Assembly: GCA_000092065.1 (NCBI GenBank)
Contig: CP000595.1
Source of the DNA: Ostreococcus lucimarinus
Taxonomy: Eukaryota
Direction: 5' to 3' (one strand)
Length of the DNA: 64,000 nt
Made by a program: the position numbers and the translations under genes. The notes beneath the pieces were generated by a model. That model worked only from the letters and a program-made list of their open reading frames with translations, was not told the origin of the DNA and made no database searches. This document shows positions 9,498 through 21,485 of this stretch, piece by piece. Every line of letters starts with the position of its first letter. The stretch's first letter is position 1.

Positions 9498-12400
9498 TCA
9501 TCGGCGTTCGCGCCCCGGTAGCGCGCGAACGCTCGATCCGAGTGCGCGTGAGAGTGCCCTGAGCGCCGACGCCACGGAGGCGCTGGATGAGGATGTTTTC
9601 ATCGCCTCGGGATCGAGCAGGAACGTCACCGCGGCTTCGATGTGTTCGACGCGCCGCGATACTTCGTCGCGCGCGCGATCATCGGTGGATGAAGCGCACT
9701 GCGCGAGGAATTTCGTCGCCGCGACGAGAAGTGCCCGCCCGCGTTCGCTCGCGCTTTCTTCCACGTAGAACGCGTTCGGCGCGAGCGCCGGCGTCGACGA
9801 TGGGTCACCCCAACGCACGTCGCCGAGATCACACGACTCGCGAACGACGGCGGTTTCCGGAAGCGGCGCGAGCGCGTCGCTCAATGCGCGTTCCGCCTCT
9901 TTGCGCTCGAGAGCGACGGATTTGTCGTTCAGCTTTTGCGCCGTGGCGAGCACTGCCTTCAATCGCTCAATCTCAAGCGCGCGAGGCGAGCGATCTTTCG
10001 ATTTTGAGAACAAATTGACCGACACTTGATTCTGCTCTCGACTCGCCGGCGACGCCAGAGCGGCGCGAACGAGAAACGATACCGATGCCGCGGCGTACGC
10101 TCGCGTCACGCGCCACACGGCGTTTGAATTCAACGCCGCGTCGAGCAAAATCGTTCTGTCCTGAACGTTCGGCGCGGTTCCGGTCACGGCGACAGAGATT
10201 GATGTGGGTACGTTCGTCACCGGTCTCCGCGGCTCCTGCGGCAAATCTTGCGCGCGCGCTCCGGGAAACGGAAAGCGCGCGCGAGTCGACGACGGTTTTT
10301 GCAGCGGTCGAGGATGAGGTTGCAATCGCTCCTGACGTTTTCGCTGCTTTGACACCGTCGTCGTCGTCGTCGTCGTCGAAGACGAGGTCGCGGATTTGTT
10401 CTCGACCTCGCGCGCCGCTCGTCGACCCCCAAATAGCGGGACCAAAATATCCGTCAACACTGCGGCGACGCTCGCCGTGGCGTGATGGTCGCCCGATCTC
10501 GTCGAGTCCGTGGCCTCGTGCACCATGACGATGAGCGGAAAGGCCATCGAACTCAACAACATAGAAGGCGCGATGGCGTGGCTTTCGTCTTCGTCGTTCG
10601 TCATCAAGTCGCACATGAATTCGACCGACGTGATGACTCGTCTCGCCGCGCACTTTTGCGGCGCTCTGAGCGCAGAGAGGACAAAGTGTGGAAGATACCG
10701 CCTCATCGCAACATCGCCGACGACGCCGAATGGTTTGTTACCGATTCCCTGTAACGCTTTCGCGAGGGATTCGACGAGCGAGCGCTCGCGCGCGCGTGAA
10801 TTTGGAGTCCCAGTGATGGCTTCGAGGACGCCGAACGTGGCGATGGCGAGCTGTCGCTGTGTCACCGCAAGGACGCGCTCGTTTGAATCTCTCTGCGCCG
10901 TCTTCATCGCGTCATCGATGGCGCACAAATGCGCGCGAAAGACGTCTCGCTCGGACGCTTCCAAGTTCGTCGCCAGGAGCTCACCCAGAGGCGAACGTTC
11001 GTTTCTCGAACCCCAAAACCACGCCGTCGACGGAGGCGAGGGCGAAAGACGAGGAAGCGCGAACGTCGTGTCTTGATCACGAATATTTTCCGCCGACTGC
11101 GTGTCGGCGAGAAGAATTATCGAGGCACAATGTGTGGCCATCTCTCGAACTAAAGCGCCAATGATGCGCGCGTACGGCGCGTTTGACTCGTGTGAGCCGT
11201 CGCGTGCTCGAGTTTGCCGCTTGTACAGCCCGACACAGTGAGCAGGCAATGCGAGGGCGATGCGACGCATGGTAGAGACTACGCGCACGTCACTTTTCAC
11301 ATCCGGCTTGTTGAGCTCTTTCGTCACCAGTGTTGCGACCGCAGCGCGAAAAATACCCTCTTTCGATGTCAAGAGCGCTCCCGGTCGCTCGCCGGCGGCG
11401 ACGACGTGAGATTCGCCGCCAATCTTCGTTTTCCCGCGTAACACCGCCGCAACGGCGGCGCCTCCTTTAGATTGCGACCAACCTACGGTCGGTACTGGAG
11501 AGGCTTGTTGATTCATTGTCAAAAGCTCGCTTCGCGCGCACAACGCAACGGCCAGCGGCGCGGCGCCGCCGGCGACAGAGTCCGCCGCAAACGCCAACCA
11601 CGAGCACAACGTTAAGTCGAAGTCTTTCAAACCGTACTTATCCGAAAATGAACCAGGAGAATATATCGTTGCGAGAGACCTTGACGTGAACACGCGCTCT
11701 CGCCAATCACTTGACAGCGCACGCTTGTCAAGCGCGCCCAGAGTTTCGAGCCCCTCGTTTCTGCATTCGGTGGCGGCGCAGCCGAGTACAGCGAACGCCG
11801 TGGCCCATGCCGCGGACGCTTCGGCGATCACCGCTCCGTCGGCAAACGCGTGAGTGGTCCCTGGTATCGATGGTTCGAGCGCTCCCGTCATTTTTTGACA
11901 GTCGGCCAACGTTGTCATTGCTCGAACTGCTTCCTCTGCTGGTTTCGCTCGGCCCCATTCGCTGCTCGTCGCCCCGCGAGCAAGCCAAATTCCGAGGCAT
12001 GTCGTCACAGCGCGCAGTAAGATGCACCGGGGTGCGGGGTCGTCTCTACAATTGATCTGCGATGCGAGCGAGGTGAAGATTTGCTTCAAGCAAAGCATGG
12101 CTTGATCATCCAGAGAAGATTGCGCGCAAGCGCGAAACAGTTCGATGTGGACGCTTGCGCGATGCTGGAGACGCAGCGCCGCTGGAGACAAAGGGAAGGT
12201 GTGTCCTCCCAATGCCCTGAATTCATTGTCGCTATTCTTGTACGCACACACTTCATCCGTGATTTTGCTCAAGCGAGCGTCGGGAAGCCATTTGCCGAGC
12301 TCGCGGCGTAAAACCTTGTGCTCGCACGCGCACTTTGCGAGATGATCGCCGAGCGCGCGATACAACGCCTCACACGCCGTACCAGTCACGAACCGAGCGT

Positions 12401-14324
12401 TTGCAGCTTTGAAGGACTCATCATACGGTCGCCACACCAAGGGCATGCACGCTTGACAACACGCAGCGGACTTTCGTGCCGTCAAGCGCCAGTCTTGCGC
12501 GGCGCCTGAATTCACACTCGCGCCGTGAACGAGTTTCCACAGCACTCGCACTGGATGTCTATCCGCCGTGCATCGCGGCCACCACGCGACAAGCTCTGCG
12601 ATGCGCTCGCAAATCGCTTGCGTATACTCTTCCTGGCTGAAGTGTGTAGGCGGCACGATCCCGCTCTTGGGCTCTACTGGAAAGCTCGCGACGCGAGATT
12701 CGTCCAACAACCAACCGACGACAGCCCACGCCTGCGTTGCCCAATCCGTGCCCACTGCGTGTTCGAGTTGATAACCTTTGCTGTACCACAGCTTTGCGGC
12801 GATAAAGGTAAGTTCCCACGCCACCTCGAGCGATCTTGCGTGACTGCTGTCGTCGAGAAGCGTGTCTCGCTCGAGCTTGGCAGCCTTTCTAATCGTCTCG
12901 CGTTCGGCCTCCACCAATTTCGGTAAAGTCTCTCGAAGTCCCGTCCAAAGTCCATCAGCACGCTCGAGAAGTGCCATCGCGTGTCCCCAACCGTCTATTT
13001 CGTCCAGCGTCATCTCATTCGAGTCGCCTGGCGTTCGCGCTGATGCGCCGACGCGACCCACGCTCCGGCGACTGACGAAATCCTTCATCGCCTTTTCGAG
13101 CACGCGCAAGCCTTCTACTTTTGCTTCTTCCACCGCCGCAGTCCACTCCAAATCGTCGTCGTTGGAGCGTTCGAATGCAGCCAGCGTGGTGTTGTCAGCC
13201 GTCGTCGTCGGAGCTCGATCGCCGAAGACACGATGATCGAATTTCCACGGCGCCGCCGCCTTCGTGAACACCGTCGTAATTCGAGGTTGCGTCGAGTTGT
13301 CGCGAGCGAGCGCCGACTTGTTTATCTCCCCAAACGTCTGCGTCCGCCGTCCCGTCGAGTTGTCGCGCACCAACAGCACCGTCGGACTCACCGCCTCGCT
13401 CGGCGGAACGGCGCGACGCCGTCTCGCCGGCGACGCCTCAACTTCTCCGACGACGACGACGCCCGGTGACTCGCTTTCACGCACCGGCGAAGACGCGTGA
13501 TCATGTGCCTCGTTCTCATCGTCATCGTCATCGTCATCAAAATCATCTTCATCCCACGAAACCGCCGGTCCTCGGCTCAAAACGTCCTCCACCGATTTTC
13601 CAAACGCCGTTCGTCTCACCATCCCTCGCTTCCCCTTACCGAATCGCTCGTTCACCACGTCCGCCACAGCGAACGATTTCACCCCTCGCGTCCGATCTTG
13701 ACTCGATTCGCTGTGCAACGACACCTCACCGTCTGATATTTCAAATCCTTCCTCGTCCTCGTCGGCGGCGCGTTCGATTTCGTCGTCGCGTTCGCTCGCC
13801 GACCCATCATCCGTTCGTCCTCGCCCATTCGCCCGCGATCGATGCGCATCGATGAGCATGGTCGTGAGCGCGCCTCTCGACGCGTCGTCGTCGTCGTCCG
13901 CGTCCGTGTCGCTCGCCGCGACTTTCCAACGCGCCGCGGCGTCGTCGTCGGCGTCAGCATCGTCCCATTCGTCCCTCACGCGCCGTCGTTTCGCGTCCTC
14001 GCGCCCGCGCGCATCGTCGACCGCGTCGGCGAGGAACGCCTCGACGTCGCGCGCGTCGATTTCGGCGCTCGCGCGCGCGTTCGTCGCGTCGCGAAGCGGT
14101 TTTTCGCCGTCGCGGTGCCGCCGCGACGACGACGACGCGACGGCGCCGCCGACGCGCGCGTCCGCGCGCGCGCGCGAGGACATCGACGACGACGCGCTGG
14201 ACGCGTTCGTCGCGCGTCGCCGCGAGCGACTCGCGAGCGAGGCGCGGTTTGAGGACGGACGGGCGCGGCGGGGACGCGGCGACAGCTCGGCGGCGTTTGA
14301 ATCGCGGCGGCGAACGCGCGACAT
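9498..14324 (-). CDS. Large (about 1600 aa) hypothetical protein with acidic/Ser-rich N-terminal low-complexity region and a long alpha-helical-repeat-like body
   Basis: A 4.8 kb ORF cannot be chance at this GC level. The central 1100 aa have protein-like composition and no repeats. No motif I can assign with confidence. Confidence 0.55.
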   Translation of the reverse strand: MSRVRRRDSNAAELSPRPRRARPSSNRASLASRSRRRATNASSASSSMSSRARADARVGGAVASSSSRRHRDGEKPLRDATNARASAEIDARDVEAFLADAVDDARGREDAKRRRVRDEWDDADADDDAAARWKVAASDTDADDDDDASRGALTTMLIDAHRSRANGRGRTDDGSASERDDEIERAADEDEEGFEISDGEVSLHSESSQDRTRGVKSFAVADVVNERFGKGKRGMVRRTAFGKSVEDVLSRGPAVSWDEDDFDDDDDDDENEAHDHASSPVRESESPGVVVVGEVEASPARRRRAVPPSEAVSPTVLLVRDNSTGRRTQTFGEINKSALARDNSTQPRITTVFTKAAAPWKFDHRVFGDRAPTTTADNTTLAAFERSNDDDLEWTAAVEEAKVEGLRVLEKAMKDFVSRRSVGRVGASARTPGDSNEMTLDEIDGWGHAMALLERADGLWTGLRETLPKLVEAERETIRKAAKLERDTLLDDSSHARSLEVAWELTFIAAKLWYSKGYQLEHAVGTDWATQAWAVVGWLLDESRVASFPVEPKSGIVPPTHFSQEEYTQAICERIAELVAWWPRCTADRHPVRVLWKLVHGASVNSGAAQDWRLTARKSAACCQACMPLVWRPYDESFKAANARFVTGTACEALYRALGDHLAKCACEHKVLRRELGKWLPDARLSKITDEVCAYKNSDNEFRALGGHTFPLSPAALRLQHRASVHIELFRACAQSSLDDQAMLCLKQIFTSLASQINCRDDPAPRCILLRAVTTCLGIWLARGATSSEWGRAKPAEEAVRAMTTLADCQKMTGALEPSIPGTTHAFADGAVIAEASAAWATAFAVLGCAATECRNEGLETLGALDKRALSSDWRERVFTSRSLATIYSPGSFSDKYGLKDFDLTLCSWLAFAADSVAGGAAPLAVALCARSELLTMNQQASPVPTVGWSQSKGGAAVAAVLRGKTKIGGESHVVAAGERPGALLTSKEGIFRAAVATLVTKELNKPDVKSDVRVVSTMRRIALALPAHCVGLYKRQTRARDGSHESNAPYARIIGALVREMATHCASIILLADTQSAENIRDQDTTFALPRLSPSPPSTAWFWGSRNERSPLGELLATNLEASERDVFRAHLCAIDDAMKTAQRDSNERVLAVTQRQLAIATFGVLEAITGTPNSRARERSLVESLAKALQGIGNKPFGVVGDVAMRRYLPHFVLSALRAPQKCAARRVITSVEFMCDLMTNDEDESHAIAPSMLLSSMAFPLIVMVHEATDSTRSGDHHATASVAAVLTDILVPLFGGRRAAREVENKSATSSSTTTTTTTVSKQRKRQERLQPHPRPLQKPSSTRARFPFPGARAQDLPQEPRRPVTNVPTSISVAVTGTAPNVQDRTILLDAALNSNAVWRVTRAYAAASVSFLVRAALASPASREQNQVSVNLFSKSKDRSPRALEIERLKAVLATAQKLNDKSVALERKEAERALSDALAPLPETAVVRESCDLGDVRWGDPSSTPALAPNAFYVEESASERGRALLVAATKFLAQCASSTDDRARDEVSRRVEHIEAAVTFLLDPEAMKTSSSSASVASALRALSRALGSSVRALPGRERR

Positions 14325-14477
14325 CGAGACGCGCGCTGTGCGCGCGAATGGACGCGACCTTGCGCGGGATCGGGTACAGAAACTTTGCGGTGCGTCCTGG
14401 ATGTGCGATGGCGCGCGCGATGGCTGGGTGTTGATGATACATGAGGGACGCGTCGCGCGGCGCGTGGCGCGCGCGAA

Positions 14478-16652
14478 TCAAAAGACGAAACCGCCGAGGA
14501 TGATGAGCACGGGCCCGATCACGGGGAGGCGCTGCTGGATGCGTTCGAGTAAATCGTCGTCATCATCGTCGTCGCGAGATCTCCTCGCGACGGTGCGGGA
14601 AGGCTTCGATTTGGGTTGGGGTTTGGACTTGGCCGGACGCGCCGCGACTTTCGTAGTCGGCTTGGCGTGGCGCGCGGGCTTGGGTTTCGGTGCGCTCTTA
14701 CGCGCTGGCTTGCGGGTGTCGGCTGGGCGACGATTGAGCCTGGGCATTCGCGCAGCGGCGCGGGTGAAACCACCGATTCCAGCGAGCGCGCCGCCTTGTT
14801 TGCGATCGATCGCTGCTGCGCCTTCGAGTCCGCCTTGACGCTTGGTCAGATAGCGGCGCCACACCGAGGCTTCGCGCCACGCGCACTCGGCGTGGGATAA
14901 ACTCAACATGAAGACCAATTGTGTCGCCGCACGGACCTCGCGGAAGTTCATCGTGACTCTGTTCGTCGGTGGAGCCAAGGTGAAGCTTAAAATACTCGCG
15001 ACAATGAGCGCCAACGCGCCGTTCTCCGCGTGCACCTCGCCCGTGGACATGAGCTCTATGGAAGCCAAGATGGCGAGGGCGTTCGTCGCAGGGTGCAATC
15101 GTCGCAGGATGCCGTTCACCCACGGAAATGCGTCGAGGAAGACGTCGTGGTTGATCATTCCATAGTGTTCGTGCGGAGCGCCGACGATGGCACCGCCTGG
15201 AATCGGCCACAAAGCGCCAATGAACGTCGCCAAACTCAGCGGCGGAACGATGGCGGCGGCGGCGTTGGCGATGACGCCTCGCGCACTATCAGTGTCGGTT
15301 CTTCCCATGGAGGCTAGGGTGGCGGGAAGCAGCAATGGTGCGGCACGACGAGCGATGGCTTGGGGAATCGCCACGCGTCGCATAAACTCTTCGCCGAGCT
15401 TCGCAGAGAGCGACAAGACGACACTGTGCGCCGCTTGAATACCGGCGTTGGCACACAGCGCCACAATGGCGAGTTTTGCACCACCACCGTGCGCTTTCTC
15501 GACACGCGCGCTATCTAAAGACTTCATGAACGCCTTTACGTGTCCAACCGCCACGGCTAAGCGATACATCTTCGCCCCGAATCCTCGTTTGGCGTTGAGC
15601 ACTTTGTTGATGCCCTTTTCGTGTTGGCGGCGACGAATGAGCGTGTCCTCACCCGCCGCCCAAGCCGCGGCGCGACGCATCTGCTGCTCTAAATTTTTCC
15701 GCGTGCGTGCGCTCGCGGGCGAATTCGGGGGAATCCTCGTTCCGAGCGGCGTGCGCACGGGCGAAGGAGACCACGGCGCTGGCGATCTCGTCGACGCGCT
15801 CGACGTCGGCGACACGAACGGCTCGCTCTGCTCCGGCGACGCCACGCGCGCGAATCGAACATCTTGCTGCACCTCATCGCGCGCTTCGTCTCTACGATCG
15901 GCGACGGGAAATGACCATGAATCTTCCTTCTTCGCCTTCACCGCGACTTTCTCGCGCGGCGGCGGCGAAGGTTTCTTCGGCGTCGAATACGAAGCCTCTG
16001 AAAAATTTGGCGACGCCGCGGCAAACGACGCCTCGGGTACCGCCACCGGCGCCACCGGCGCCGTCGCCCCGACGCCCACACGCGTCGTTTCAATCCCGAT
16101 CTCTTTCTCGCGCCAATTGAAATCGTACTCCATCGCCTCCTTTCGCCTCGCCTCTCGCGTCCCGACGTCCGCCGGCGCCGCGACGTTCCCGGCCGCCAAG
16201 GTCCCGATCGCCCCGATGCTCGTCACCACGTCCCGCACCGGGCTCCCACTTTCGGGCGCGTCCCAGTGATTCGCGTACCCGTGATTGAACGTCGTCTTCG
16301 GCTCGTACCGCGTCGCATCACCGATCGTACCGCCGCCGCCGCGTCCAGCCGCGTCTCGCCGCAACTGCTCCAAAAACGTAAACTGCGCCCCATCGCTCGT
16401 CGGTGACGACGTTTCGAACCGCGTGTGCGTCGTGGGTTTGTAATCAAACGTTCTCGACGCCGTAGACGCGCTCGGGGAGCTCGACGGGCGCCACGCGCGC
16501 GAATAATCGCTGTCGTTGTTTGTGCCGTTGGAATCCGTCGGAACGCCGCCGACGCGCACGGCGTGAGCGTTCGACGCCGTGTACGGCGACGCGCGATTAC
16601 CCACGTGCGGTTCTCGCACGTTCTCGATAGTCACGTCGTCCGAGGTCGGCAT
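14478..16652 (-). CDS. Hypothetical tail-anchored membrane protein with K/P/A-rich basic region
   Basis: A 724-aa ORF. The C-terminus has a poly-Asp stretch followed by a single hydrophobic anchor (LPVIGPVLIILGGFVF) at the very end; a KPxxKP-rich segment lies upstream. The start is uncertain. Confidence 0.45.
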   Translation of the reverse strand: MPTSDDVTIENVREPHVGNRASPYTASNAHAVRVGGVPTDSNGTNNDSDYSRAWRPSSSPSASTASRTFDYKPTTHTRFETSSPTSDGAQFTFLEQLRRDAAGRGGGGTIGDATRYEPKTTFNHGYANHWDAPESGSPVRDVVTSIGAIGTLAAGNVAAPADVGTREARRKEAMEYDFNWREKEIGIETTRVGVGATAPVAPVAVPEASFAAASPNFSEASYSTPKKPSPPPREKVAVKAKKEDSWSFPVADRRDEARDEVQQDVRFARVASPEQSEPFVSPTSSASTRSPAPWSPSPVRTPLGTRIPPNSPASARTRKNLEQQMRRAAAWAAGEDTLIRRRQHEKGINKVLNAKRGFGAKMYRLAVAVGHVKAFMKSLDSARVEKAHGGGAKLAIVALCANAGIQAAHSVVLSLSAKLGEEFMRRVAIPQAIARRAAPLLLPATLASMGRTDTDSARGVIANAAAAIVPPLSLATFIGALWPIPGGAIVGAPHEHYGMINHDVFLDAFPWVNGILRRLHPATNALAILASIELMSTGEVHAENGALALIVASILSFTLAPPTNRVTMNFREVRAATQLVFMLSLSHAECAWREASVWRRYLTKRQGGLEGAAAIDRKQGGALAGIGGFTRAAARMPRLNRRPADTRKPARKSAPKPKPARHAKPTTKVAARPAKSKPQPKSKPSRTVARRSRDDDDDDDLLERIQQRLPVIGPVLIILGGFVF

Positions 16653-16757
16653 GGCGACGGGCGCGGCGACGAATGACGCGGGGGGACTGAATCAATCCAA
16701 GAATGCAAAATTTGGCGCCGCGAATGAACGCAAAAGGTTTGATTCGACGCGAATGTT

Positions 16758-18530
16758 CTACGCCAAGGCTACGAAATCGCTAGAGCGGCGGGAAAACAAA
16801 CGCATGAAATTTGATTTCGCGCGATTGAGCGCGTTTCGAAGCTCGCAGGCGAGGACTTCGAATAAAAGGACGCGACCTTCGCGCTCGCGGAGGGCGTCGA
16901 GCGCCACGCGGAATCGAGGCGTGGAGGCGAGCAGGGAGACGTCTTGGAGCATGGCGAAGAGCATGTGGATGGAGAGCGAGCGCGTGCGCTCGTCTGTGGC
17001 GAGCTGGCGGATGACTTTACGAATCACGGGCGAACCTTCGGGGTTGGCGAGTAATTTCTTCATCGAGTACGGATAGACCTCGGCCAAGATGTTGAAGTTC
17101 GCGTCGGCGGATTTTGCCATGCCTTCGAGCGTGCCCAACGCGCGTGCGTTGTTCAAAAAGTACGGCGGTAGGACGAACTTGAAGCGCGGAACCAAGGCGA
17201 CGAGAGCGCCGAGGAGTTGGTCGAAACGCACGTTCGGGACGCCGCCGCCCTCGGGAAATTTCAGCGTGGCGTTTGCCGCGTCCTCGAGCGCCGACTCGAG
17301 CGCGCGCATCTCGCTCTCGTCCTCGAGTACTTCGGGCGGAATGAGCATGAGTTCGCCGAATAGTCGACCTACCGCAGCGTAATTGCGGCTGAAGATCAAC
17401 AGCGCCACGGCGGCGACTAAACCATCGCGCACTTGTTGCGGCACCGTGGACACGAGACCGAAATCCAAGTACGCCAAACCGCCGTTGGGCAATTTTAAAA
17501 TGTTCCCGCCGTGCGGATCGGCGTGCATCACCCCAGTCTCTATCAGCTGGCTCAGCGTGCACGAAATACCGAGCTTGACGTAGTGCAAGTCGTCCGCGTT
17601 CACCGCGCCCGTTCGCCCGGCGGTTAACTTTTCGCCTTCAATCCATTCCATGACGATGACGCGCTCGCCCACGCCGTACTTGTCAATCAATCGCGGCACC
17701 ACGATCCCGGGCTTGGGCAACGATTTCGCCGCGCTGCCGTTCTCACCGTAAAGCGCGTTGAACTGCATCAAATTCGCCGCTTCGCGTCTGAAATCCATCT
17801 CTTCGTATAATCGCGAGCAAAATTCATTCACGGCGTCCAGCGCGCGCGCCTTCACCTTCCCCGTGCGCTCCACCGCGCTCGCTCCGAGCCGTAACAACGC
17901 CGCATCCGCGTCCACCATCTCCCTAATTTCAGGTCGCTGCACCTTTATCGCCACCGTTTCCCCGTCTAACGTCGCCTTGTACACCTGCGCCAACGAAGCC
18001 GCCGCGCGCGGCGCGCCCGCCGCGCGCACCGCCTCCGCGACCGCCTCTCCCTCCGCTCCCAGATCCTCCCGCACGATCTCCACCGCTCTTTCATCGCTGA
18101 ACGCCGGCATGTCATCGCACAGTCCGCGCAGCGCTCGCGCCAGGTCTTCGCCCACGATGTCGCCGCGCGACGACAGCGCTTGCCCGAATTTCGCGTACGT
18201 CGGCCCGAGCGCGCCCACGGCCTCGACCAAACCTTCGCTCCTCGACGAATCGCTCGCGACGAACGCGACGCGCGCGCCCGCGCGTAAGATGTCGCCGACG
18301 CGCGCCAGCATCGCCGTCGGCATCGCCGTCGCTTCGCGCGTCCGATGTTTCGACGCTCGCGTGGACGCGTCCCGCCGATTACGTCGACTTCTTCGTCCGT
18401 TTTCGCGCGAGCGCGACCGCGCGCGCGTCGCGACGCGCCGTGACGACGCGACGCGACGCGCGCTGCGTCCCGCGGACGCGCTCGTGGACGCCGCGAGCGC
18501 CGCGCGCGCGCGCGCGGGCGCGAAAGCCAT
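16758..18530 (-). CDS. ABC1/ADCK (aarF domain) atypical kinase, organelle-targeted
   Basis: ABC1 family motifs: [33 protein letters not shown]. The ORF extends to 19403, but the upstream part is R-rich read-through. Met at 18530 starts a presequence-like [15 protein letters not shown]. Confidence 0.8.
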   Translation of the reverse strand: MAFAPARARAALAASTSASAGRSARRVASSRRVATRARSRSRENGRRSRRNRRDASTRASKHRTREATAMPTAMLARVGDILRAGARVAFVASDSSRSEGLVEAVGALGPTYAKFGQALSSRGDIVGEDLARALRGLCDDMPAFSDERAVEIVREDLGAEGEAVAEAVRAAGAPRAAASLAQVYKATLDGETVAIKVQRPEIREMVDADAALLRLGASAVERTGKVKARALDAVNEFCSRLYEEMDFRREAANLMQFNALYGENGSAAKSLPKPGIVVPRLIDKYGVGERVIVMEWIEGEKLTAGRTGAVNADDLHYVKLGISCTLSQLIETGVMHADPHGGNILKLPNGGLAYLDFGLVSTVPQQVRDGLVAAVALLIFSRNYAAVGRLFGELMLIPPEVLEDESEMRALESALEDAANATLKFPEGGGVPNVRFDQLLGALVALVPRFKFVLPPYFLNNARALGTLEGMAKSADANFNILAEVYPYSMKKLLANPEGSPVIRKVIRQLATDERTRSLSIHMLFAMLQDVSLLASTPRFRVALDALREREGRVLLFEVLACELRNALNRAKSNFMRLFSRRSSDFVALA

Positions 18531-18713
18531 GACGACGCGACGCGAAGTGACGCGCCGTTCGGCACTCTCGCGCGCGTTCGCGCGTCGCGCACGGTTCGTC
18601 GCCGCCCTCGCGCGCGCGCTCGAGGTGGACGCGTAACGCGCGCGCGTCGTCGATCGACGCGCGGCGCGGACGGCGCGGCGCGGACGGCGCGGTGCGCGGA
18701 TAAAGCGACGACG

Positions 18714-20183
18714 ATGTTGTCCCGGGGCGTCGGCGGCGGCGCCGTCGCGCGCGCGGCGGCGCGCGGGCGAGCGAACGGCGCGCGAGGACGCGATACGAGA
18801 CCGTGCGCGCGAGGGTTCGCCGCGGACGAGCGCGCGCGCGAACGCGCGGTGGTGGTGGCGGCGAACGCGGACGCGACGCGGCGCGGGACGAAGGTTATCG
18901 CGCGCGCGGCGAACGCGGCGACGAGTGGAAAGATAAAGAAGGCGGAAGAGGCCAAGGTGAAGACGAAGACGAAAAGTTTGATGAAGAAGGCGCTGCGCGT
19001 GGAGGCGGTGAGCGCGGTGGTGGAGGCGGAGGTGGAGCGAGAGACGGCGTCGACTCGAGGGTCGGCGGCGAGCGCGGGGATGGAACCGAAGCCCATGATC
19101 GCGCCTAGGGTGAGTAAACAGGCGAAAGCGAAGGATGGAGTGAATGGGAAGAACGGTGAAGGGGCGACGAGCGGTGAGGGGACGACGCGGCTGACGAGAC
19201 CGAAGTTTGCGGACGAGGCTTCGTTTACGCGCCGGCGTAAATTTCCAGTGTTGTTTTACAGTAAAGAGATGGAGCCTTTGGCGCGAAAGGTGGCGGAGGA
19301 GAGCGATCACATGGTCGAACTCGGACAGATTGATTGGCGCACATTCCCCGATGGGTTTCCAGACTTGTTCATCAACGACGCGTACGATGTGCGGGATCGG
19401 CACGTGGCGTTTTTAGGCTCGTTTCACACGCCCGAGGTCATCTTTGAGCAGTTGAGCATCATATACTCGCTGCCCAAGATGTTTGTCGCATCGTTCACGC
19501 TCGTGCTGCCGTTTTTTCCAACTGGCACCGCCGAGCGAGTGGTACGCGAGGGCGAGGTCGCCACCGCGGTGACGTTGGCGCGGATTTTGAGCAACATTCC
19601 GCCCTCGCGCGGGGGCCCGACGAGCACCATTATTTTCGATATTCACGCTCTTCAGGAGCGATTTTATTTCGGCGACAGCATCTTGCCATGCTTCGAAAGC
19701 GGCATACCGCTCTTGCTCGACCGTCTGAACGAGCTCGAAGACTCGAACAACGTCGTCATCGCGTACCCAGATGAGGGAGCGTACAAGCGATTCAACTCCT
19801 TCTTCGCCGCCGCGGGTTACGAGTGCATCGTCTGCACCAAAGTCCGCGAAGGCACCAAGCGCATCGTCAAGCTCAAGGAAGGCGAACCGATCGGGCGCCA
19901 CGTCGTTATCGTGGACGATCTCGTACAATCCGGTTCCACCCTGATCGAGTGTCAAAAGCTCTTGCACCGACTCGGCGCCGCCAAGGTGTCCGCCTACGCC
20001 ACTCACGGCGTTTTCCCCAATGCCTCCTGGAAACGTTTCACCTCCACCGGCGCCGGCGGCCAGGGTTTCTCAAACTTTTGGATCACCGATTCGTGTCCAC
20101 AAACCGTCGAGGCCGTTCGAGACGCCGAGCCGTTCGAGGTATTATCCCTCGCCCGCGCCATCGCCGACGCCCTCGAGGTGTGA
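18714..20183 (+). CDS. PRS: Ribose-phosphate pyrophosphokinase (PRPP synthase), class II plant-type (PRS3/PRS4-like), with N-terminal extension
   Basis: Long collinear match to class II PRS blocks ([55 protein letters not shown]). The roughly 160-aa N-terminal extension is R/A/K-rich (transit peptide or spacer). Confidence 0.8.
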   Translation: MLSRGVGGGAVARAAARGRANGARGRDTRPCARGFAADERARERAVVVAANADATRRGTKVIARAANAATSGKIKKAEEAKVKTKTKSLMKKALRVEAVSAVVEAEVERETASTRGSAASAGMEPKPMIAPRVSKQAKAKDGVNGKNGEGATSGEGTTRLTRPKFADEASFTRRRKFPVLFYSKEMEPLARKVAEESDHMVELGQIDWRTFPDGFPDLFINDAYDVRDRHVAFLGSFHTPEVIFEQLSIIYSLPKMFVASFTLVLPFFPTGTAERVVREGEVATAVTLARILSNIPPSRGGPTSTIIFDIHALQERFYFGDSILPCFESGIPLLLDRLNELEDSNNVVIAYPDEGAYKRFNSFFAAAGYECIVCTKVREGTKRIVKLKEGEPIGRHVVIVDDLVQSGSTLIECQKLLHRLGAAKVSAYATHGVFPNASWKRFTSTGAGGQGFSNFWITDSCPQTVEAVRDAEPFEVLSLARAIADALEV

Positions 20184-20431
20184 GATCCGACGCCTCGTTT
20201 CCTTAGCAATCACCCCCTCATCGTTCCCGTTCGCGCGTCGCGCGCTCGCGCTCGTTACATATTCTTATTCGTGTCATTCGTGTCAATTTCACGCATTTAT
20301 TAGCATCACGCGTTCGTTTCGCCGCGGCTCGTCCGTCGCGTCGCTTCGTCGGTTGGTTGGTGCTTTTGCTGACGAGGATTCCCGATCGCGCGTCGCGCGC
20401 GTCACACCCGCGCGTCGCGCTCTGACGCATC

Positions 20432-21409
20432 ATGCGCGCGACCGCCGCGCGAATCGAACCGTCGCGCACCTCGTCGCGCGTCGCGAACCGCGCGCGCGCG
20501 CCGCGCAGGCGTCGCGCGCGCGCCGCCGCCGCGTCAACGATCGGGGACGCGAACGAAAGCACCGACGCCGCCACGGCGTACGACGTCCTGGGCGTCCGGG
20601 AAAACGCGACGAAAGATGAGATACGACGAGCGTTCCTGCGAATGAGCAAGACGCATCACCCGGACGTGCGACAGACGAGCGGTGATGACGACGGGATGAT
20701 GGCCAAGGTGAATTCGAGCTACGCGGCGTTGTTCGACGACGACGCGCGAAGGAAATACGATGCGAAACTGCGGGAATCGAGGAAAGGAGATGCGAAAATG
20801 AAACGCGCGAGCGATGGGGTGACGGCGACTTACGAAGGGTTGGTTGGACCGATCGTGAACGATGAGATGGCGTCGCTCGACGTGTGTAAAATTGAAGAGT
20901 GCGCGGTGGACGCGGCGGCGGAGATGATCGATTCTATACGACAGTGGGCGAGGACGTTGGCGTTTACGAGCGAATTACCGTTGCCGTTGCCGGTGAGTGT
21001 GGACGATTTGCCCACGGGCGCGCGGCTGGCGTTCATGCGGTACGATTCGAGCCAAGGATTGCGAGAGGCGGGAGCGTTGAGACTCGAGGTGCTCGAAACG
21101 AGCGAGGGCACCAAGGTTTCGGTGTCTCGATCATTCGCGAAGGCGTCTCGCGCGGCGAAATTCGAAATTCCCGGCGAAGGGCGTGTGATGTCAGCATTTA
21201 TGCAGGAGTTTAAGTTTCTCCTCGGCGAAGACGAGAAGAGAACGAGGAAAGTCGACGAGGCTTCAGACGACGACTTTGTGAGCGCTTTTAAAAGCGCATT
21301 TGCGGCGTTCATCTTACCAGGTTTGCCCATGTTTGGTGCCACTAAGAGCGCGCCGGGTGGCGCGTATAACGCGTACAATTTAAAGCACGACGCCAAGCAC
21401 ATCGATTAA
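20432..21409 (+). CDS. DnaJ (J-domain) protein, organelle-targeted
   Basis: J-domain with HPD motif (YDVLGV...THHPD...) after an R/A-rich presequence. The C-terminal 200 aa have no recognised domain. Confidence 0.7.
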   Translation: MRATAARIEPSRTSSRVANRARAPRRRRARAAAASTIGDANESTDAATAYDVLGVRENATKDEIRRAFLRMSKTHHPDVRQTSGDDDGMMAKVNSSYAALFDDDARRKYDAKLRESRKGDAKMKRASDGVTATYEGLVGPIVNDEMASLDVCKIEECAVDAAAEMIDSIRQWARTLAFTSELPLPLPVSVDDLPTGARLAFMRYDSSQGLREAGALRLEVLETSEGTKVSVSRSFAKASRAAKFEIPGEGRVMSAFMQEFKFLLGEDEKRTRKVDEASDDDFVSAFKSAFAAFILPGLPMFGATKSAPGGAYNAYNLKHDAKHID

Positions 21410-21485
21410 GCCAGCCAGTACAGTAGTTACAACAGTGTAGAGCGTTTTTTCAATCACAGCGCGCGCAAATCTTTACCTAAAAATG

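Noticed and set aside
17758-19096. ORFs 17758..18636 (+) and 17966..19096 (-) of 292-376 aa
   Set aside because: They overlap the ABC1 kinase coding region and promoter in other frames or on the other strand. R/A-rich and low-complexity, with no motifs.
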